Made by a program: the position numbers and the translations under genes. A model generated the notes under the pieces. It did no database searches, was not told where the DNA came from, and saw only the letters and a list, made by a program, of their open reading frames with translations. This document shows, piece by piece, positions 62,540 through 64,000 of a stretch of 64,000 nucleotides of DNA; within the stretch, counting starts at the first letter, position 1, and each line of letters begins with the position of its first letter. The DNA is taken from positions 1 through 64,000 of IMG/VR virus record IMGVR_UViG_3300050120_000074. One strand, 5' to 3'. The DNA is from a virus.

Positions 62540-63876
62540 GGCTTCACCTTCTTGCTGGCCTCGGCCTCCATCAGGATGTCTTCGCACTTGTCGGCAGCCG
62601 CCTTACCGTACTTCTCTTCGACGTCCTTGAGCCATACCTGCGCGGCTGCGATGCGCGCTTCGGATGCTATCTGCTCGGGTGTGCGGCGCGGCAAGAAGTC
62701 CACCTTGTCGATCCTCGATATGACGGAGCCACGCTCAGCGCTTATCAGCCACACCAGTTCGCCGTGGTATCCGGCAACGTCACAGACGTAATCGCTCACG
62801 TCAGGGAACCCCCATTGAGAGTTATGCGGCCTGACGATGCAGTCGGTTCCGATAGGAGGATTTCCCTCGCCATTCCAGACCGTCACACGCTCACCGACAA
62901 CCTGCCAGAATTGCGGCAACAGGGCTCCGGGGCCAGGCGCTCCATCCAGCCGCGCAAACTTGGCACCCTTGTCGAATCCAGCAGCCCAAGCGTACATGTT
63001 TGGATGTTCGTTATGCACCAGGAACAAGGTCGCCCACTCTGGCGCAGCGGTCCAGCTGATCTCCGCAAGCTTTTTGGCTGGACCGTAGTCGCGTACTTCG
63101 CCGCTGAAATCGAACGGCACGAACTCAACGGCAGGGCGCTGGACGTATTTGCCCAGGCCAGCTGGCATGCCGATAAGCTCCCACGCGCCCCGGTGCCACA
63201 TAAATACATCGCCACCGACAACCTTCCGCCACGGTGCCTCGCACTTGTCGCGAGTGTGGTGCGTAGCGTCGTCCGGCGCGGTCGCCCATTCAGGCGAGAA
63301 CTGTGCAGGCTCGGCCACAGGGCGTGCGATCAGCGTGGGCACTCGACCCCTCTGCATCGACCCATATGGTCTCCAGAACCAATCGTTCTCCCAGTTCGCG
63401 TACATGAAGGAACCGCCTTCGTCCTTGAGCCAGCGCGGCGGATAGTAGAAGGCTTTCAGTGTGATGGCTGGAGCGTGGTGCGTCGTTCCTTCCGGCGCAG
63501 CGGCCCAGTCCGGCGCTACAGCCGGTCGCTCGACCAGGGTCAGGCCGCAGCCATGGTGAACGTCATCCAGGCGGAAGATGTATTCGTCGTCGCGACCGAT
63601 GAGGCGCATCTTGACGCCATCAGCCACGTACCAACCCGGCTCGACGCTGGGTTGGCTGCTATGAACGTAGTGGGTCGCACGCGGTGGCGCATCGCTCCAG
63701 TCCGGCGCCTGGGTCGCGGGGATGGCCTCGCTAATGGGCGGCAGACACTTCACCAGCACCCAGCCACCATGCCACAGGCAGACCGACTGCCCTACCTGAT
63801 ACCAAAGCAGATTTGGGCCACCGGCCAGATAGTGTGTTGCACCCTCGGGCGCCTTGCTGCAATCAACCTTGGCCAT
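62536..63876 (-). CDS. Internal-repeat protein (about 5 copies of an AP(D/E)W..AP..ATH-type module)
   Basis: KAPEGATHY, APDWSDAPPRATHY, APDWAAAPEGTTHH, SPEWATAPDDATHH and AAPEWATLF are each followed by Trp-containing beta-like segments. Confidence 0.6.
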   Translation of the reverse strand: MAKVDCSKAPEGATHYLAGGPNLLWYQVGQSVCLWHGGWVLVKCLPPISEAIPATQAPDWSDAPPRATHYVHSSQPSVEPGWYVADGVKMRLIGRDDEYIFRLDDVHHGCGLTLVERPAVAPDWAAAPEGTTHHAPAITLKAFYYPPRWLKDEGGSFMYANWENDWFWRPYGSMQRGRVPTLIARPVAEPAQFSPEWATAPDDATHHTRDKCEAPWRKVVGGDVFMWHRGAWELIGMPAGLGKYVQRPAVEFVPFDFSGEVRDYGPAKKLAEISWTAAPEWATLFLVHNEHPNMYAWAAGFDKGAKFARLDGAPGPGALLPQFWQVVGERVTVWNGEGNPPIGTDCIVRPHNSQWGFPDVSDYVCDVAGYHGELVWLISAERGSVISRIDKVDFLPRRTPEQIASEARIAAAQVWLKDVEEKYGKAAADKCEDILMEAEASKKVKP

Positions 63877-64000
63877 CACTTCGCCTCCTTGTGGGCGTGC
63901 GGATCTGATACGTGCTTCTTGAGCGCCTTCATGGTGCGACGGCCAAAGCGCGCTGTATGGGCTACAACGTAGACCGTCAACAGGGTTATGGACAGCTGGT
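63876..64000 (-). CDS. 3-prime end of an upstream gene (partial, continues beyond the window)
   Basis: The minus frame reads ...ARFGRRTMKALKKHVSDPHAHKEAK-stop. The stop overlaps the next ATG (TGATG). Confidence 0.4.
   Translation of the reverse strand, partial: QLSITLLTVYVVAHTARFGRRTMKALKKHVSDPHAHKEAK

Larger units (their letters stand above)
1..64000. mobile_element. Temperate phage (or prophage) genome segment, contractile-tail type
   Basis: Integrase, excisionase, RecT/Exo/SSB, TerL, portal, sheath, baseplate, fibres and endolysin all present. No host core genes seen. Phage genes lie on both sides of the integrase. Confidence 0.85.

Noticed and set aside
62500-63972. 490-aa plus-strand ORF opposite the repeat-protein gene, and similar long antisense ORFs at 38992-40296, 41805-42920, 8779-9773, 15020-15964, 1027-2052 and 2178-3254
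   Set aside because: Same reasoning. They are Arg/Ala/Gly-rich shadow ORFs overlapping confidently called genes on the other strand.
1-64000. CRISPR array, IS element or transposase, retron or DGR reverse transcriptase
   Set aside because: I saw no regularly spaced direct repeats. I also saw no DDE/transposase or RT (YxDD) motif in any ORF of the track.

Overview
The whole 64 kb window looks like phage DNA. I saw no host housekeeping genes, rRNA, tRNA, CRISPR array or transposase. It reads as most of a GC-rich, temperate, contractile-tailed phage with lambda-like logic.

**Layout**
- **Plus-strand early arm (69-7299):** HTH regulator, DUF1351-like protein, RecT/Red-beta annealase, YqaJ exonuclease, SSB, an RdgC-FtsK-gamma fusion, small ORFs and an excisionase-like gene. 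It runs into a convergent tyrosine integrase (7296-8285) and an AT-richer candidate attP region (8331-8768).
- **Minus-strand arm (64000 down to 8769):** many hypothetical early genes, then the late genes.
  - Early genes include a two-domain beta-clamp-like protein, a ParB/Srx-like protein, DUF1643, ASCH and a detached tail-fibre-like cassette.
  - A LytTR-only regulator sits in the Q-like position, followed by TerL, cargo genes, portal, an SLT-containing tape-measure-like protein, baseplate and several receptor-binding proteins.
  - A non-structural island sits at about 20.1-25.6 kb.
  - Downstream come the putative capsid, sheath and tube-like genes, a lysis cassette with a GH19 endolysin, and two terminal cargo genes.
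- Genes are densely translationally coupled through ATGA or TGATG overlaps.

**Best candidates for something undescribed**
1. The 20.1-25.6 kb island inside the virion block. It holds a degenerate GHKL ATPase cassette, a pyrophosphatase-fold coiled-coil protein, a paralogous coiled-coil protein and a lone opposite-strand gene.
2. The roughly 480 bp structured non-coding region next to the ParB-like operon.
3. The five-gene coupled operon ending in a truncated beta-clamp-like protein.
4. The fibre-like cassette more than 20 kb from the tail module.
5. The RdgC-FtsK-gamma fusion.

**Limits**
- All family assignments come from motif recognition by eye, not from searches.
- CDS coordinates derive from the supplied ORF track, with starts refined by codon counting.
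- Coordinates of non-coding elements may be off by 1-2 nt.
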